A stretch of DNA of 64,000 nucleotides from Deltaproteobacteria bacterium (lineage in GTDB: Bacteria > Desulfobacterota > Deferrisomatia > Deferrisomatales > BM512). The DNA is taken from the NCBI GenBank assembly GCA_002869015.1, contig PKTT01000007.1, positions 558 to 64,557 on the forward strand, given 5' to 3'. Below the pieces are notes generated by a model. It was not told where the DNA came from, searched no databases, and saw only the letters and a program-made list of their open reading frames with translations. Shown in pieces: positions 1 to 9,685 of this stretch. The position numbers were made by a program, and so were the translations under genes. The first letter of the stretch is position 1. Each line of letters opens with the position of its first letter.

Positions 1-1446
1 TGAGAGGTCAATCAGCCTGAGTCCGGCAAAATACTCGATTCCAGAGACCGATGTTATGCCAAGCCCTGAGCAATCAAGGCTTTCGAGGGCGAGGAGCGCC
101 TCGTAGGATATCTCGCCCTCGGCACTTGCGGCCAGAGCATTGGCGACACACTCCTCCAGCCTTAGGTCTGCGAAGGAAATCTCCCCATCCTCCGGCGGCG
201 GTGTGGCTGCGGCGGGTGGAATCTTGGGAGATTCCATTACATTTGCCTCCTCAGCTTTCTCTGAAGATTCAGTCTTTTTGGTCTCAGAGACCCTTTCGCC
301 AGCATTTGCCGGGGCCGCAAGGTTTGACTGAGTCAACTTATCTTCCTGACCCTCTTTTGGTGTTGGAACCGCTTGTGAGCTAGAGGGTTTTGAGCTTACC
401 GGCTCTTTCTTCACCTCCTTGGTTTTTACCGGCGCAGGCGTTTCTTTGGGTGGCCTTTGCTCTGCTCTTTTTGCTATTTCAGGAGACTTTTCTCTTTTAG
501 ATTCTTTCTCGTCAAGTGTTGGAGTTAAATTATCATTTGAGGATGCAGCAACCCTAAGTTGTTCCTCATTACCAATCAACTCACTAGGTACTTCCTCCTC
601 GGCGGTCGGCAAAAGACCTTTTTCCCTTTCCCTCTGCTCCTTATCTCCGGGGTCCGCATCGACGGCTACCTCTTGCTCAGAGGGGCCAGATTGCATAAGC
701 TCCTCAGCAGTTTGAATGCCTCCAAAATAAAGATAGGTGCCGCCAAAAAGCGCAAGAAGTATGGCACCTGCTATTGCATATTTAGCGTTAGTAGACTTAA
801 CGACTTTATCTTTAGCCGGCTCCCTATTCTCAACTATTGTTGAAATAGCTTCGGCGCTGCTTTTGGGCGAGGTGTCTTCATGGAACGCGCCCTTGACTGA
901 GATAGCCTTGGCCTCACCCGTTTCAAGGAATTTATCAATTATCTCATCAAAGTTCTCAAGCTCATCATTTACGAAATGCGATTCATCCACACTATCGGAT
1001 GCTGACCCATCCTCAAGTTGGAAGGGTCCGAAACACCCTGAGCAGAGCTGAGAGGCTGGGATTTGTGCCAATGGAGTTTCTAACTCGTCTGAGGAGGGCC
1101 CGGCGAGGCCACAAGCCATAACATCATGGCCTCCATCCCCCAGAAACTTGACGTGGAACTCCTCACTGCCCTGGAACCTAAGGCCGCTTATGGGCAGTGT
1201 GAAGAGCCCCTTTTCACCCAGAGGTTCGCCAACACCGCTGGTAATGGGACCAAAGCAAACTGGGCATAAACCATCCCCTACATCAAGCTCCGTTAAAGGG
1301 GCACTCTCGACCTCGCCCTCATCAAAGGTGGCTCCGCAAACCATTAGGATTAACCCCTCATCACCCATGGCCTTTAAGTGGAATTCACCCGTCTCGCGTT
1401 CTTCTCTGGAGATATATGCTTTTTTTGGAGAGATAAGCCTCACCAT
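1..1446 (-). CDS. membrane-anchored leucine-rich-repeat protein, partial (3' end lies beyond the window edge)
   Basis: Own translation of the minus strand gives ATG at 1446 followed by 482 sense codons down to position 1 with no stop. It is absent from the ORF track because its stop is outside the window. It has one TM helix (AIAGAILLALFGGTYLYFGG), an E/K/P/S-rich linker and C-terminal LRR-type repeats (LESLDCSGLGITSVSGIEYFAGLRLIDLS). The plus-strand track ORFs 51-1501 are low-complexity antisense frames. Confidence 0.6.
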   Translation of the reverse strand, partial: MVRLISPKKAYISREERETGEFHLKAMGDEGLILMVCGATFDEGEVESAPLTELDVGDGLCPVCFGPITSGVGEPLGEKGLFTLPISGLRFQGSEEFHVKFLGDGGHDVMACGLAGPSSDELETPLAQIPASQLCSGCFGPFQLEDGSASDSVDESHFVNDELENFDEIIDKFLETGEAKAISVKGAFHEDTSPKSSAEAISTIVENREPAKDKVVKSTNAKYAIAGAILLALFGGTYLYFGGIQTAEELMQSGPSEQEVAVDADPGDKEQREREKGLLPTAEEEVPSELIGNEEQLRVAASSNDNLTPTLDEKESKREKSPEIAKRAEQRPPKETPAPVKTKEVKKEPVSSKPSSSQAVPTPKEGQEDKLTQSNLAAPANAGERVSETKKTESSEKAEEANVMESPKIPPAAATPPPEDGEISFADLRLEECVANALAASAEGEISYEALLALESLDCSGLGITSVSGIEYFAGLRLIDLS

Positions 1447-1501
1447 TTATTCAATTCCCTTATATCAATCCCGCAACACAAGCGGGAAAAATCATTTGTG
1501 A

Positions 1502-2989
1502 CTAAAGCCAATCCACCCTGTGCGCAATACGATTGGCATATTGGAGGATGAGCGGCTCATCTAACAACTCGAATGCCTCACCATTTCCGGTATCTTTTAT
1601 AAAGCCTCGCCCCTTGAAGATATCAACCGCCCCATTAAGCTGATCCTCAGGAGTACCTTTTCCTGCTATCCGTTTATCCAGTAGCGAAATAAAATCATCC
1701 ATAAGATCGCTTAAATGAAATGTTCTCCCGGTAAGTGTCTTGTGCTTTACCTTAAGGATTGACGCAGCCAAGGCAGAGGTAGTCATTGTTACTACCTCGG
1801 AGGATATAGTCTCCATAACATCCCCTGCGAAGGAGGAGAGTGATTTAGTCTCTGCGTTAAGAGCCACCGGTGGTGAAAAACGAAGGTGTATTCCCCCGGA
1901 AGCGTATTTTTTAAAGCCACGGTCCATGCCTCTAAGCTGCGACAGGAGGTCTTTGTGTGAGATATTCTCCCCCTTGCGGCTCGCTTCGATATCCTTATCC
2001 TCTGGAACTATTGAGTATGAAATCGAGATGGGAACAACGTAAAGGGTCCGTCCGGTCTCTTTTGCGTACTCAAGTGCGTCTCCCAGAATTCCCAACTTGG
2101 GCTTGCCCAGCGAACCGTCCCTGGAGCGGGTGCCTTCGATGTAGAACATGAGAGGCTCGTTGTTATCCCAACCCTGCTTCAAATATTCGGTGTGAACATG
2201 TTTGTATACCGGATTTTGAAACCACTTGATCCCCCCCAAAACCCCCTCAGATTGCCCCACATATTCACGCCTTATCTTGTAGCCGTTGACTCTGGATAAA
2301 AGAACCGCTGAAATGCCGCGAAAGAGATTAGCGCCAACGGCTATCCTGGGCTGCGGGAGTCTCATCTGGTTAAGCGTCATACAAATCGGTATATGGTCTG
2401 CATTTGATATGTGGTTCGGCATAAATAGAACAGGCGCTTCCCACATAAGCTTCCTTATCGCCTCAAATGTCCCATCGCCATTCTCAGAGATTTGAATGGA
2501 GCTGGCGAAGTTAGGAAAGAGCTTGTAGGCCATATGCTTGAATATTGAGAAAAATGCCGGCTCGAAATCAGCGGCGATATCTTCAGCGTAATACCTTGCA
2601 AGAAATGCGATTGTCTCCTTTGGCCCGTCACAGCTTGAAAGCTCCTCCTTCTCTTTACGATAACGAGCTAGGCGGTTATTTAGCTTCTCTCTCAACGCCG
2701 GGGCTTCAAAGGTCTCATCCGCTAATTTTTCTTTGATAGTCTTGATCTGATTTCTAAAATAGATGCCCTGATATGTCTTTGCCGTTCGGGAAACCAGTGC
2801 TGACTCAACTTTTCTTTCAGCGTAAAAGTCCATCACTCTTTGGCACACACGCTCAACGACCTCACCCCTTGGCAGTATCGATTTGTTGTATGAGAGCTTC
2901 TTACCAACCCCGCGCACAGGGGCCAGACATGAAAACGAAATGAGCGCTCTCAAAATCTTTTCCGGCATCTCTTTACGGCCCAATGGCAA
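1502..2989 (-). CDS. glycerol-3-phosphate/lysophospholipid acyltransferase family protein (PlsB-like)
   Basis: Contains the acyltransferase HX4D block (NHISNADH) and the FYIEGTRSRDG block. The track start at 2989 is TTG. An in-frame ATG at 2968 (MPEKIL...) is an alternative start. Confidence 0.7.
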   Translation of the reverse strand: MPLGRKEMPEKILRALISFSCLAPVRGVGKKLSYNKSILPRGEVVERVCQRVMDFYAERKVESALVSRTAKTYQGIYFRNQIKTIKEKLADETFEAPALREKLNNRLARYRKEKEELSSCDGPKETIAFLARYYAEDIAADFEPAFFSIFKHMAYKLFPNFASSIQISENGDGTFEAIRKLMWEAPVLFMPNHISNADHIPICMTLNQMRLPQPRIAVGANLFRGISAVLLSRVNGYKIRREYVGQSEGVLGGIKWFQNPVYKHVHTEYLKQGWDNNEPLMFYIEGTRSRDGSLGKPKLGILGDALEYAKETGRTLYVVPISISYSIVPEDKDIEASRKGENISHKDLLSQLRGMDRGFKKYASGGIHLRFSPPVALNAETKSLSSFAGDVMETISSEVVTMTTSALAASILKVKHKTLTGRTFHLSDLMDDFISLLDKRIAGKGTPEDQLNGAVDIFKGRGFIKDTGNGEAFELLDEPLILQYANRIAHRVDWL

Positions 2990-3002
2990 ATCTCCAATGA
3001 AA

Positions 3003-3032
3003 TTTACTGCATACGTTGGCTGCTGTTATAAT
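3003..3032 (+). promoter_or_regulatory. putative sigma70-type promoter for the cytochrome/gluQ pair
   Basis: TTTACT (3003-3008), an 18-nt spacer, then a perfect TATAAT (3027-3032), about 80 nt upstream of the cytochrome start. Confidence 0.35.
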
Positions 3033-3112
3033 ACGCCAAGCAATATTGAACTTTAGCAGAAATATGGGTCACAGCACCCAAATAATTTACACAAGCGCTG
3101 ACCGTCAGAGGA

Positions 3113-4501
3113 ATGGGGTTAAAGATGAGATTCACCACCTTCATTATTATGTTTATTTCGACATGGTTGATTATTTCACCTGCTATAACATCCGCAGCTG
3201 AAAACTTCCCCTTTTTCCCGAGCCTTGTAAACTCCGACACAGGTGAACAGGTTCCCTCATCAGATTTCTATCCGCCCAAGAAGTGCGCCGGTTGTCACAG
3301 GGAACTTTATAAAGAGTGGAATGGGTCAATGCACTCCAACGCAATAAAGGATCCAATCTTCAATGCGCTTTGGAAGCTCGCTGCCGACGAGGGCGGAGAG
3401 GGCACTGAAAATCTATGCGCGGGGTGCCACACTGCCGTAGGAACCCTCGCCGGAGAGATTACTCGTGACGATGAGGGCAACTTTCAGATGAGCGATATAG
3501 CTCGCGAGGGCGTTCAATGCCACTTATGCCACTCGATAGTCGGCACCTCTATGCTTGAAACTCCTACTAACATGCCGCAAAACGCCTCGATAATAGTAAG
3601 ACCAAGCAAAGTTATGCGCGGTCCATTCAAAGACGCTGAGCCGATGTGGCATAAAGCTGAGTACTCCGAGTTACACACCAAGGCAGAATTTTGCGGTAAC
3701 TGCCATAACGTCTTCCATCCAGCCAATAATTTTCACATTGAAAACACCTACAATGAGTGGAAATTCTCCATCTACGCCCAGAAGGGGATCATCTGTCAGG
3801 ACTGCCACATGATGCCCATCGAAAAAGCGATAGAGACGGCCAAAACACTTACAAGGCCCAAAAATCCCGGCAAAGCGACAGGCTTTTCAAAGGAACGGGA
3901 GAATATCTTTACCCATGAGTTCGTTGGAGCAAACTTTACCGTAACAGCGATGCTGGGCGCCGATAAACATGCTGAAATAGCAAAAAAGCGCTTAAAGTCT
4001 GCCGCGAGCATAGACCTTACGCTTCCAGCAAAGGCCACCGATGATGGAATCACACGGGTAAAGGTGCGGGTAAACAATATCGGCGCTGGCCACAACCTGC
4101 CGACAAGCCTAACCGAGGTAAGACAGGTTTGGCTGGATATCAAAGTTTTGGACGCTGAAGGCAAAATTATCTACACGCGGGGGGACCTGGATGAAAAAGG
4201 AAATATCGCAGCGGGAACTGACCTTTTTGGCGTTGAGGCGGTCGACTCTGAGGGCCATCACACTATAAAGCCCTGGGAGATAGAGCGCTTTACTTATAAC
4301 AACACAATCCCCCCCAAAGGTTACGCGGATAGAGAATATTCATTCATTGTTCCAAAGGGGAGCAAGGGGCCTATAAACTTTCGGGCCACTTTGAGATACA
4401 GGGGATACCCTCAGGCTGTCGCAAACTATCTTTTGGGTGATGACGCGCCGACCTTACCAATTGTTGATATGACTGCGGCCGAGGGGAGCGTCCCGTTATA
4501 G
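3113..4501 (+). CDS. periplasmic multiheme c-type cytochrome (5 CXXCH) with a heme-free C-terminal domain
   Basis: Signal peptide ending TSA-AE. Five CXXCH motifs (CAGCH, CAGCH, CHLCH, CGNCH, CQDCH) lie in the first ~230 residues, and the C-terminal ~230 residues have none. Confidence 0.85.
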   Translation: MGLKMRFTTFIIMFISTWLIISPAITSAAENFPFFPSLVNSDTGEQVPSSDFYPPKKCAGCHRELYKEWNGSMHSNAIKDPIFNALWKLAADEGGEGTENLCAGCHTAVGTLAGEITRDDEGNFQMSDIAREGVQCHLCHSIVGTSMLETPTNMPQNASIIVRPSKVMRGPFKDAEPMWHKAEYSELHTKAEFCGNCHNVFHPANNFHIENTYNEWKFSIYAQKGIICQDCHMMPIEKAIETAKTLTRPKNPGKATGFSKERENIFTHEFVGANFTVTAMLGADKHAEIAKKRLKSAASIDLTLPAKATDDGITRVKVRVNNIGAGHNLPTSLTEVRQVWLDIKVLDAEGKIIYTRGDLDEKGNIAAGTDLFGVEAVDSEGHHTIKPWEIERFTYNNTIPPKGYADREYSFIVPKGSKGPINFRATLRYRGYPQAVANYLLGDDAPTLPIVDMTAAEGSVPL

Positions 4502-5425
4502 ATGAATTCAAAGGTTTTAGTGGGAAGGTTCGCGCCCTCTCCCACTGGGGCGTTGCATCTGGGCTCGCTGATAGCAGCGACCGGAAGCTATCTATTTGCC
4601 AAAGCGGCTGGCGGCGAATGGCTGCTGCGCATGGAGGACCTTGACACTCCGAGGGTCGTACCGGGGGCAGCTGACGGCATTCTCAGAACCCTGGAGCTCT
4701 TTGCCTTATATTGGGATGGTGAGGTCACCTACCAGTCTTCCAGAGGCGAACTCTATGAGGAGGCGTTATCTAACCTTTTACAGTCCGGCATGGCCTATCC
4801 ATGCGGATGCACGCGAAGGGAGATACAGGCGCTCGCTTCCGCCCCACATCCGGGAGAGGAGGGGCCTATATATCCAGGGACCTGCCGAGGCGGCTTACCG
4901 AAAGGCCATGAGCCCCGCGCCTACAGAGTAATTGTGCCAGATCAAGAGATATTCTTTGACGATCTGCTTCGGGGAAAGCTAGGCTGGAACCTTGCCAACT
5001 CAATCGGCGACTTCGTAGTCAAACGTGCCGATGGCATCTTTGCATACCAACTTGCCGTCGCAGTAGATGACGCATTGGGAGGGGTCACACAAGTCATCCG
5101 AGGAAGCGACCTACTAAGCTCGACGCCAAGGCAGATTCTGCTCCAGCGCCTGCTTGGGTACCCCACCCCCCGCTATGGGCACCTGCCGCTTGTCACCGCA
5201 CCGGATGGCGAAAAACTCTCTAAAAGAGACAATCTGGTAAATTACGGGACAATTGAAGCTCGCCAGGGACAAGCAGGAAAATTATTGGAGTCCGTACTGG
5301 ATTTTCTTGGACACGCGCCACCCGCCGACCTTTCCGGCGCACCGCCTAATGAGCTCCTCAGATATGCGACCGAAAATTTCGACAAAACACGGATTCCCCT
5401 TAGCAATAGGCCCCTAATTGGGTGA
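4502..5425 (+). CDS. gluQ: glutamyl-Q tRNA(Asp) synthetase (truncated GluRS paralog)
   Basis: 307 aa, i.e. a catalytic domain only. Has the class I HIGH-type motif (SPTGALHLGS), the KLSKR (KMSKS-type) motif, and the CGC...YPGTCR zinc motif typical of GluQRS. Confidence 0.85.
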   Translation: MNSKVLVGRFAPSPTGALHLGSLIAATGSYLFAKAAGGEWLLRMEDLDTPRVVPGAADGILRTLELFALYWDGEVTYQSSRGELYEEALSNLLQSGMAYPCGCTRREIQALASAPHPGEEGPIYPGTCRGGLPKGHEPRAYRVIVPDQEIFFDDLLRGKLGWNLANSIGDFVVKRADGIFAYQLAVAVDDALGGVTQVIRGSDLLSSTPRQILLQRLLGYPTPRYGHLPLVTAPDGEKLSKRDNLVNYGTIEARQGQAGKLLESVLDFLGHAPPADLSGAPPNELLRYATENFDKTRIPLSNRPLIG

Positions 5426-5529
5426 CACGCTGAAGGAACTGACTTTCTTTACATTTTCCTGTTATTCTTGACCCGTGACCGAAAAATTGAAATGATATTG
5501 TTTTAAACCCTACAAACAGAGTCAGGTAA

Positions 5530-6630
5530 ATGGAATTACCCTCATTCAAAATCGGGAATTTAAATTTCCCCGCACCTATAATTCAAGGCGGCATGGGCGT
5601 CGGCGTCTCACTCTCTAAGCTGGCTCGCGCCGTTTCATTAGCCGGCGGTTTGGGAACAATCTCAAGCGCCGGGTTGGACCGTCTCGTCTCCGAGCGTATC
5701 GGTCGCAAGGTGGGCATACGTGAAGCATGCGCCCTTGAGATTGAAAAGGCTAAGCAGGGGATGACGCCAATCGCCATCAACATAATGGTGGCGCTTGAAA
5801 ACACCTACACCAAATCAGTCCTGGGAGCACTTGATGCAGCCGTTGATGTGATCATCTCCGGAGCAGGGCTCCCAATAAAACTCCCTCAAATAGTCGGCGA
5901 GCACCCCAACGGCGCTAAGACAAAGCTCATACCGATAACATCCTCTGGCAGGGCGCTTAAGCTAATCTGCAAACGCTGGCTTAAGGCGGGCAGAACTCCC
6001 GACGCGGTAATCGTTGAGGGTCCCCTGGCTGGGGGGCATCTAGGCTGGAAATCGTTGGCTGAGATCGAGTCCCCAGACACTAAGCTGGAAAACCTCGTCG
6101 AAGATTGCCTTGAGGTCTCACGCGAATTCGGCAACTTCCCCATTATCGCTGCGGGGGGCATCTTCACCCATGAAGATATTCATAAATTCCTGGACCTAGG
6201 CGCATCAGGTGTCCAGCTCGGCACACGCTTTCTTGCAACAGAGGAGAGCGGCGCATCAGAAAACTTTAAAGAAGCGCTGGTGAGATGCTCTGAGGATGAC
6301 ATAATGGTCGCCACAGATCCCGGCAGTCCATGCGGCCTACCCTTCAGGATTCTAAAAGAGTCTCCCATGCTGAAGGAAACTTTGAGCGGCATGCGAAAGG
6401 CGATTTGCGATAAGGGTTACGCGATGATGGGCGGGAAGTGCCTCGCCAAAGATTTGCCTGAGCGCTTCTTTTGCATATGTAATGGCTTACTAAGCTCCGC
6501 AGGTTACAAAGGTTCAAAAGAGGAGCCCTCTTTATATACAGTTGGCGCCCTCGCGTCGCTTGTAGACAAAATAACCTCTGTTAAGGAGTTGATGGAGGAG
6601 TTGGTCCAGGGAAAAACGTCCAAAACCTGA
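5530..6630 (+). CDS. NAD(P)H-dependent flavin oxidoreductase, nitronate monooxygenase / FabK-like family
   Basis: TIM-barrel FMN motifs are present: IIQGGMGVGVS, EGPLAGGHLG and AAGGI. Length is 366 aa. Confidence 0.7.
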   Translation: MELPSFKIGNLNFPAPIIQGGMGVGVSLSKLARAVSLAGGLGTISSAGLDRLVSERIGRKVGIREACALEIEKAKQGMTPIAINIMVALENTYTKSVLGALDAAVDVIISGAGLPIKLPQIVGEHPNGAKTKLIPITSSGRALKLICKRWLKAGRTPDAVIVEGPLAGGHLGWKSLAEIESPDTKLENLVEDCLEVSREFGNFPIIAAGGIFTHEDIHKFLDLGASGVQLGTRFLATEESGASENFKEALVRCSEDDIMVATDPGSPCGLPFRILKESPMLKETLSGMRKAICDKGYAMMGGKCLAKDLPERFFCICNGLLSSAGYKGSKEEPSLYTVGALASLVDKITSVKELMEELVQGKTSKT

Positions 6631-6655
6631 CCGGCTTTCATAAGGCACATTAAAG

Positions 6656-6681
6656 GCCCCTCACTTGGAGGGGCTTTTTTT
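6656..6681 (+). terminator. rho-independent terminator after the NPD-family gene
   Basis: Stem GCCCCTC / loop acttg / GAGGGGC, followed by a T7 run. It overlaps the stop of the convergent MFS gene. Confidence 0.6.
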
Positions 6682-7864
6682 ATATATCCGCTTCGCCGGG
6701 CCAATTAACAAGTAGCCTCCAATAGCAGAAGAGGGCCAGCAGCGCCCCTGAAATACAGAGCGCCGTAACATAAAGCATTCCGCCCCTCTCCCATATGACA
6801 GAAGCCATCGGGGCGCCAATGACCCTGCCAAGACCCATAGCAGCTATATATGAAGCTATAAATGTTCCCCTCGCACGGGGTAGTAGCCCTATAAATAATG
6901 AAAATGAAACAACTACTGAAAACTCGAAGGCAAAGAAGATAAAGGCCAGGCCAAAGAGTGATGCATAAAGTGAGGAGGAGAGAAAGGGAAGGAGGAAATA
7001 AGCCGCTGCAGAAAGTGCGCAGCCAAAGCCTAGAGCCCTCCTGAGCCCCATCCTGTCTGCGAATAGCGCTGTTGACCCCTCACCGAGAGCCTCGGCGACC
7101 CCGATGGCGATGGTCGCAATGCCGAGCGCGCTTAATCCCAATCCAAAATTATCTTCAAGATAGCCCCCATAAACTACAAACAGCCCATCATTTGCCATCG
7201 ATATGAAAAAGCCAACGCCAAGGGCCCACTTGGTCGCCGGGGTTCTGGCTATAAGAGCTACTATGCTAGCGAATGAGGGCCGCTCCAGATTCTCTCCTCC
7301 ATCCGTTATGAGGGGCATGCTTTTGTTTAGCAGGAAAGCAAAGAGGATGCCGGCAGTACCTAACGCAACAAATGGAGCGCGATAATCCCACCACTCCATA
7401 AGATATCCAATGACGGGAACACCAAGAAAAGTGGCCGCAGACCACGCAAGCTCTATAATCCCCATGCCGAGTCCGTGGCGCTCCGGCGGCATCCGGTGCC
7501 CGACGTAGGCTTGTATTGATGGATCAAAGAGCGCTTTTCCCACGGAGGCGATGACCGCAAGGATAAACAGCATATAAAAGGGTAAAGTGAACGCAAGGAG
7601 CGTAAGGGGAAAGAGCAGAGAGAGCCCTATGACCATCATCCTTCGGTAACCGAAACGGTCTCCAAGAGAGCCAAATAGTGGAGAGAGTAGCGATATCCCC
7701 TGTACCGCTCCAAGCATCATGGCGATCGCTGGGAGGTCAACCCCGAAGGCTCGCGCAAGCGCGGGTGCAAAGGTATAGGGGAAGCGCCTCGCCGTATTTA
7801 GAACCGTTCGAGCCGCCACCACCAAGGTCAGCAGCTGAGGGAGGGAAACTTCTTTTTTGCGCAT
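6680..7864 (-). CDS. MFS transporter
   Basis: About 12 predicted hydrophobic helices, with a GDRFGYRRMM loop motif between TM2 and TM3. The start is moved to the ATG at 7864 (GAGG upstream); the track start at 7876 is TTG. Confidence 0.8.
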   Translation of the reverse strand: MRKKEVSLPQLLTLVVAARTVLNTARRFPYTFAPALARAFGVDLPAIAMMLGAVQGISLLSPLFGSLGDRFGYRRMMVIGLSLLFPLTLLAFTLPFYMLFILAVIASVGKALFDPSIQAYVGHRMPPERHGLGMGIIELAWSAATFLGVPVIGYLMEWWDYRAPFVALGTAGILFAFLLNKSMPLITDGGENLERPSFASIVALIARTPATKWALGVGFFISMANDGLFVVYGGYLEDNFGLGLSALGIATIAIGVAEALGEGSTALFADRMGLRRALGFGCALSAAAYFLLPFLSSSLYASLFGLAFIFFAFEFSVVVSFSLFIGLLPRARGTFIASYIAAMGLGRVIGAPMASVIWERGGMLYVTALCISGALLALFCYWRLLVNWPGEADI

Positions 7865-7878
7865 CTCCTGCCTCAAAG

Positions 7879-7904
7879 AAAAACCCCCCGCCTAAGGCGG
7901 GGGG
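7879..7904 (-). terminator. rho-independent terminator after the oxidoreductase/ACT operon
   Basis: On the minus strand: CCCCCCGCC / uua / GGCGGGGGG, followed by U5. Confidence 0.6.
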
Positions 7905-7927
7905 TTTTGTAACTCACATCGGAAAAT

Positions 7928-8365
7928 CTACTGTTCTATGCCCAGGCCGGGCCTTGCTTCCAATATATTTATGTACTCTTTTTTAAGAGCATCAATAGCC
8001 GCTTCAAGATTATCCACACCCAGTATCATCACAGCGTTGTCAAGGATACGGCCTATCATGGGGTAGAAGAACCTTATGCGAATTCCCGCACGCGCAAGCG
8101 GCCTCATAACGGCGGTGACGCCGCCGGGGTGGTCAGGGGTCTCTACGGCAATAACTTGTGAGGTTAGGACCTCGTAACCATTTGCCACCAGGAGGTCCTG
8201 AGCCTTTTTGGGCTGGTCCGCAACGATATGGACCATGTTGTCATCCCCATGCATCACAGCTGAGAGCGCGCGGATATTTATCCCCTCATCACCGAGCAGC
8301 TCGGAGAGGGCACAGGTTTTGCCGGGGGTATCATCAAGGCTTATAGAAAGCTGTGTAATCACCAT
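7928..8365 (-). CDS. ACT-domain protein (tandem ACT)
   Basis: 145 aa with two beta-alpha-beta-beta-alpha-beta-like halves typical of small ACT regulatory proteins. Its start overlaps the stop of the gamma subunit gene (TAATG). Confidence 0.65.
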   Translation of the reverse strand: MVITQLSISLDDTPGKTCALSELLGDEGINIRALSAVMHGDDNMVHIVADQPKKAQDLLVANGYEVLTSQVIAVETPDHPGGVTAVMRPLARAGIRIRFFYPMIGRILDNAVMILGVDNLEAAIDALKKEYINILEARPGLGIEQ

Positions 8366-8913
8366 TATGAGGACTCCTCTCCCTTTATAAAATCATAGCC
8401 TTTCTGAAAGGCTTCAAGGTTTATCGGGATAATTTTCGCTTTCTTCTCAAAGAACATTTCAATTGCCGTTCGCATGGACTCAGGAGAGACAAGACCTTTT
8501 TTCGCAACAAGCGCACCCAACATTATTACATTTACGGAGCGGGGTGAATTTATCTCAATGGCTAGCTCATTTGCAGGGACCTTTATAACTTCAATATCTT
8601 CCCTTTCAGGAATCTTATTTACCAATGAAGAGTTGACGAAGAGTGTACCTCCGGGGCTCATCTTGTTAATAAACTTCAAAACTGATGGCTGGTTTAAAAC
8701 CACCAGAATCTCCGGCTCCGAGGCCACAGGAGAGGCGATCTCTTCATTGCCTATTGCCACGGTACAATTTGCGGTACCACCACGCACCTCCGCGCCATAG
8801 GTTGGGAGGTAGGTGACGTGCTTGCCGTCAACCATCGCCGCAGTTGCCAAGGTGTATCCCATGGAGAGAACGCCCTGTCCGCCGAACCCTGCAAAGATTG
8901 ATTTGATAACCAT
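8365..8913 (-). CDS. 2-oxoacid:ferredoxin oxidoreductase, gamma subunit
   Basis: The FAGFGGQGV motif sits near the N-terminus. The start is moved to the ATG at 8913 (MVIKSIF...), which removes the overlap with the beta subunit gene. Confidence 0.85.
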   Translation of the reverse strand: MVIKSIFAGFGGQGVLSMGYTLATAAMVDGKHVTYLPTYGAEVRGGTANCTVAIGNEEIASPVASEPEILVVLNQPSVLKFINKMSPGGTLFVNSSLVNKIPEREDIEVIKVPANELAIEINSPRSVNVIMLGALVAKKGLVSPESMRTAIEMFFEKKAKIIPINLEAFQKGYDFIKGEESS

Positions 8914-8926
8914 CTTTATTCCCCTA

Positions 8927-9676
8927 TCAACCGCTGACGGGGCGGCGTTCGACAAGCACACCCGGCGTATAGTGTTTGGTAAAGGTCTCTTCAATCCACT
9001 TGACCGAAGCTAAGGGCTGCATACCCCAGTTCGTTGGGCAAGGGCTCACAAGCTCCACTATGGAGAGACCGCGGTTGTCGAGCTGGCACTGAAAGGCGTC
9101 AGCGATCATCTTTTTGGATTTTCTTATCTCTTTAGGGCTCGTTATAAGCCCACGAGCTGCATAGGCAGTGCCCTCTATCTCCGCGACAAGGTGGGTTATG
9201 TCAAGGTTATACCCCTCACGCTTGGCATCGCGCCCGAAGGGTGCGGTGGTAGCCTTCATACCCAAGATTGTCGTAGGAGCCATCTGCCCGCCGGTCATAC
9301 CGTAGATACCGTTGTTGACGAAGACAATCGTTATGTTTTCGCCTCTTGCCGCAGCATGAATAGTTTCGGCGGTGCCGATGGCGGCAAGATCGCCGTCACC
9401 CTGATAGCTAAAAACTACGGCGTCTGGTATTCGGCGTTTGAGCCCCGTTGCAATAGCGCAACCACGGCCATGTGCCCCCTCTACGAAATCAACGTCGAAG
9501 TAATTGTAAGCAAGAACAGCGCATCCGGCAGGAGCTACGCCAATCGCTCGCTCCCCGATATCCATCTCCTCGAAAACCTCGGCAACCAACCTGTGAACAA
9601 TTGAATGTCCGCAGCCGGGGCAGTAGTGGTTGGCCACTGGCTTGAGGTACTTTGGCCTTGTGTATACCTTCTTCAT
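8927..9676 (-). CDS. 2-oxoacid:ferredoxin oxidoreductase, beta subunit (TPP-binding)
   Basis: N-terminal CPGCGH cluster motif and the GDGD TPP/Mg motif (SYQGDGDLAAIG). Confidence 0.9.
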   Translation of the reverse strand: MKKVYTRPKYLKPVANHYCPGCGHSIVHRLVAEVFEEMDIGERAIGVAPAGCAVLAYNYFDVDFVEGAHGRGCAIATGLKRRIPDAVVFSYQGDGDLAAIGTAETIHAAARGENITIVFVNNGIYGMTGGQMAPTTILGMKATTAPFGRDAKREGYNLDITHLVAEIEGTAYAARGLITSPKEIRKSKKMIADAFQCQLDNRGLSIVELVSPCPTNWGMQPLASVKWIEETFTKHYTPGVLVERRPVSG

Positions 9677-9685
9677 ATCAGACCC

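Noticed and set aside
51-1501. Six plus-strand track ORFs (51-383, 140-331, 419-715, 559-843, 737-1051, 1148-1501)
   Set aside because: All overlap a single uninterrupted 482-codon minus-strand frame with recognisable TM and LRR features. Their own translations are Ser/Pro/Leu-rich low complexity.
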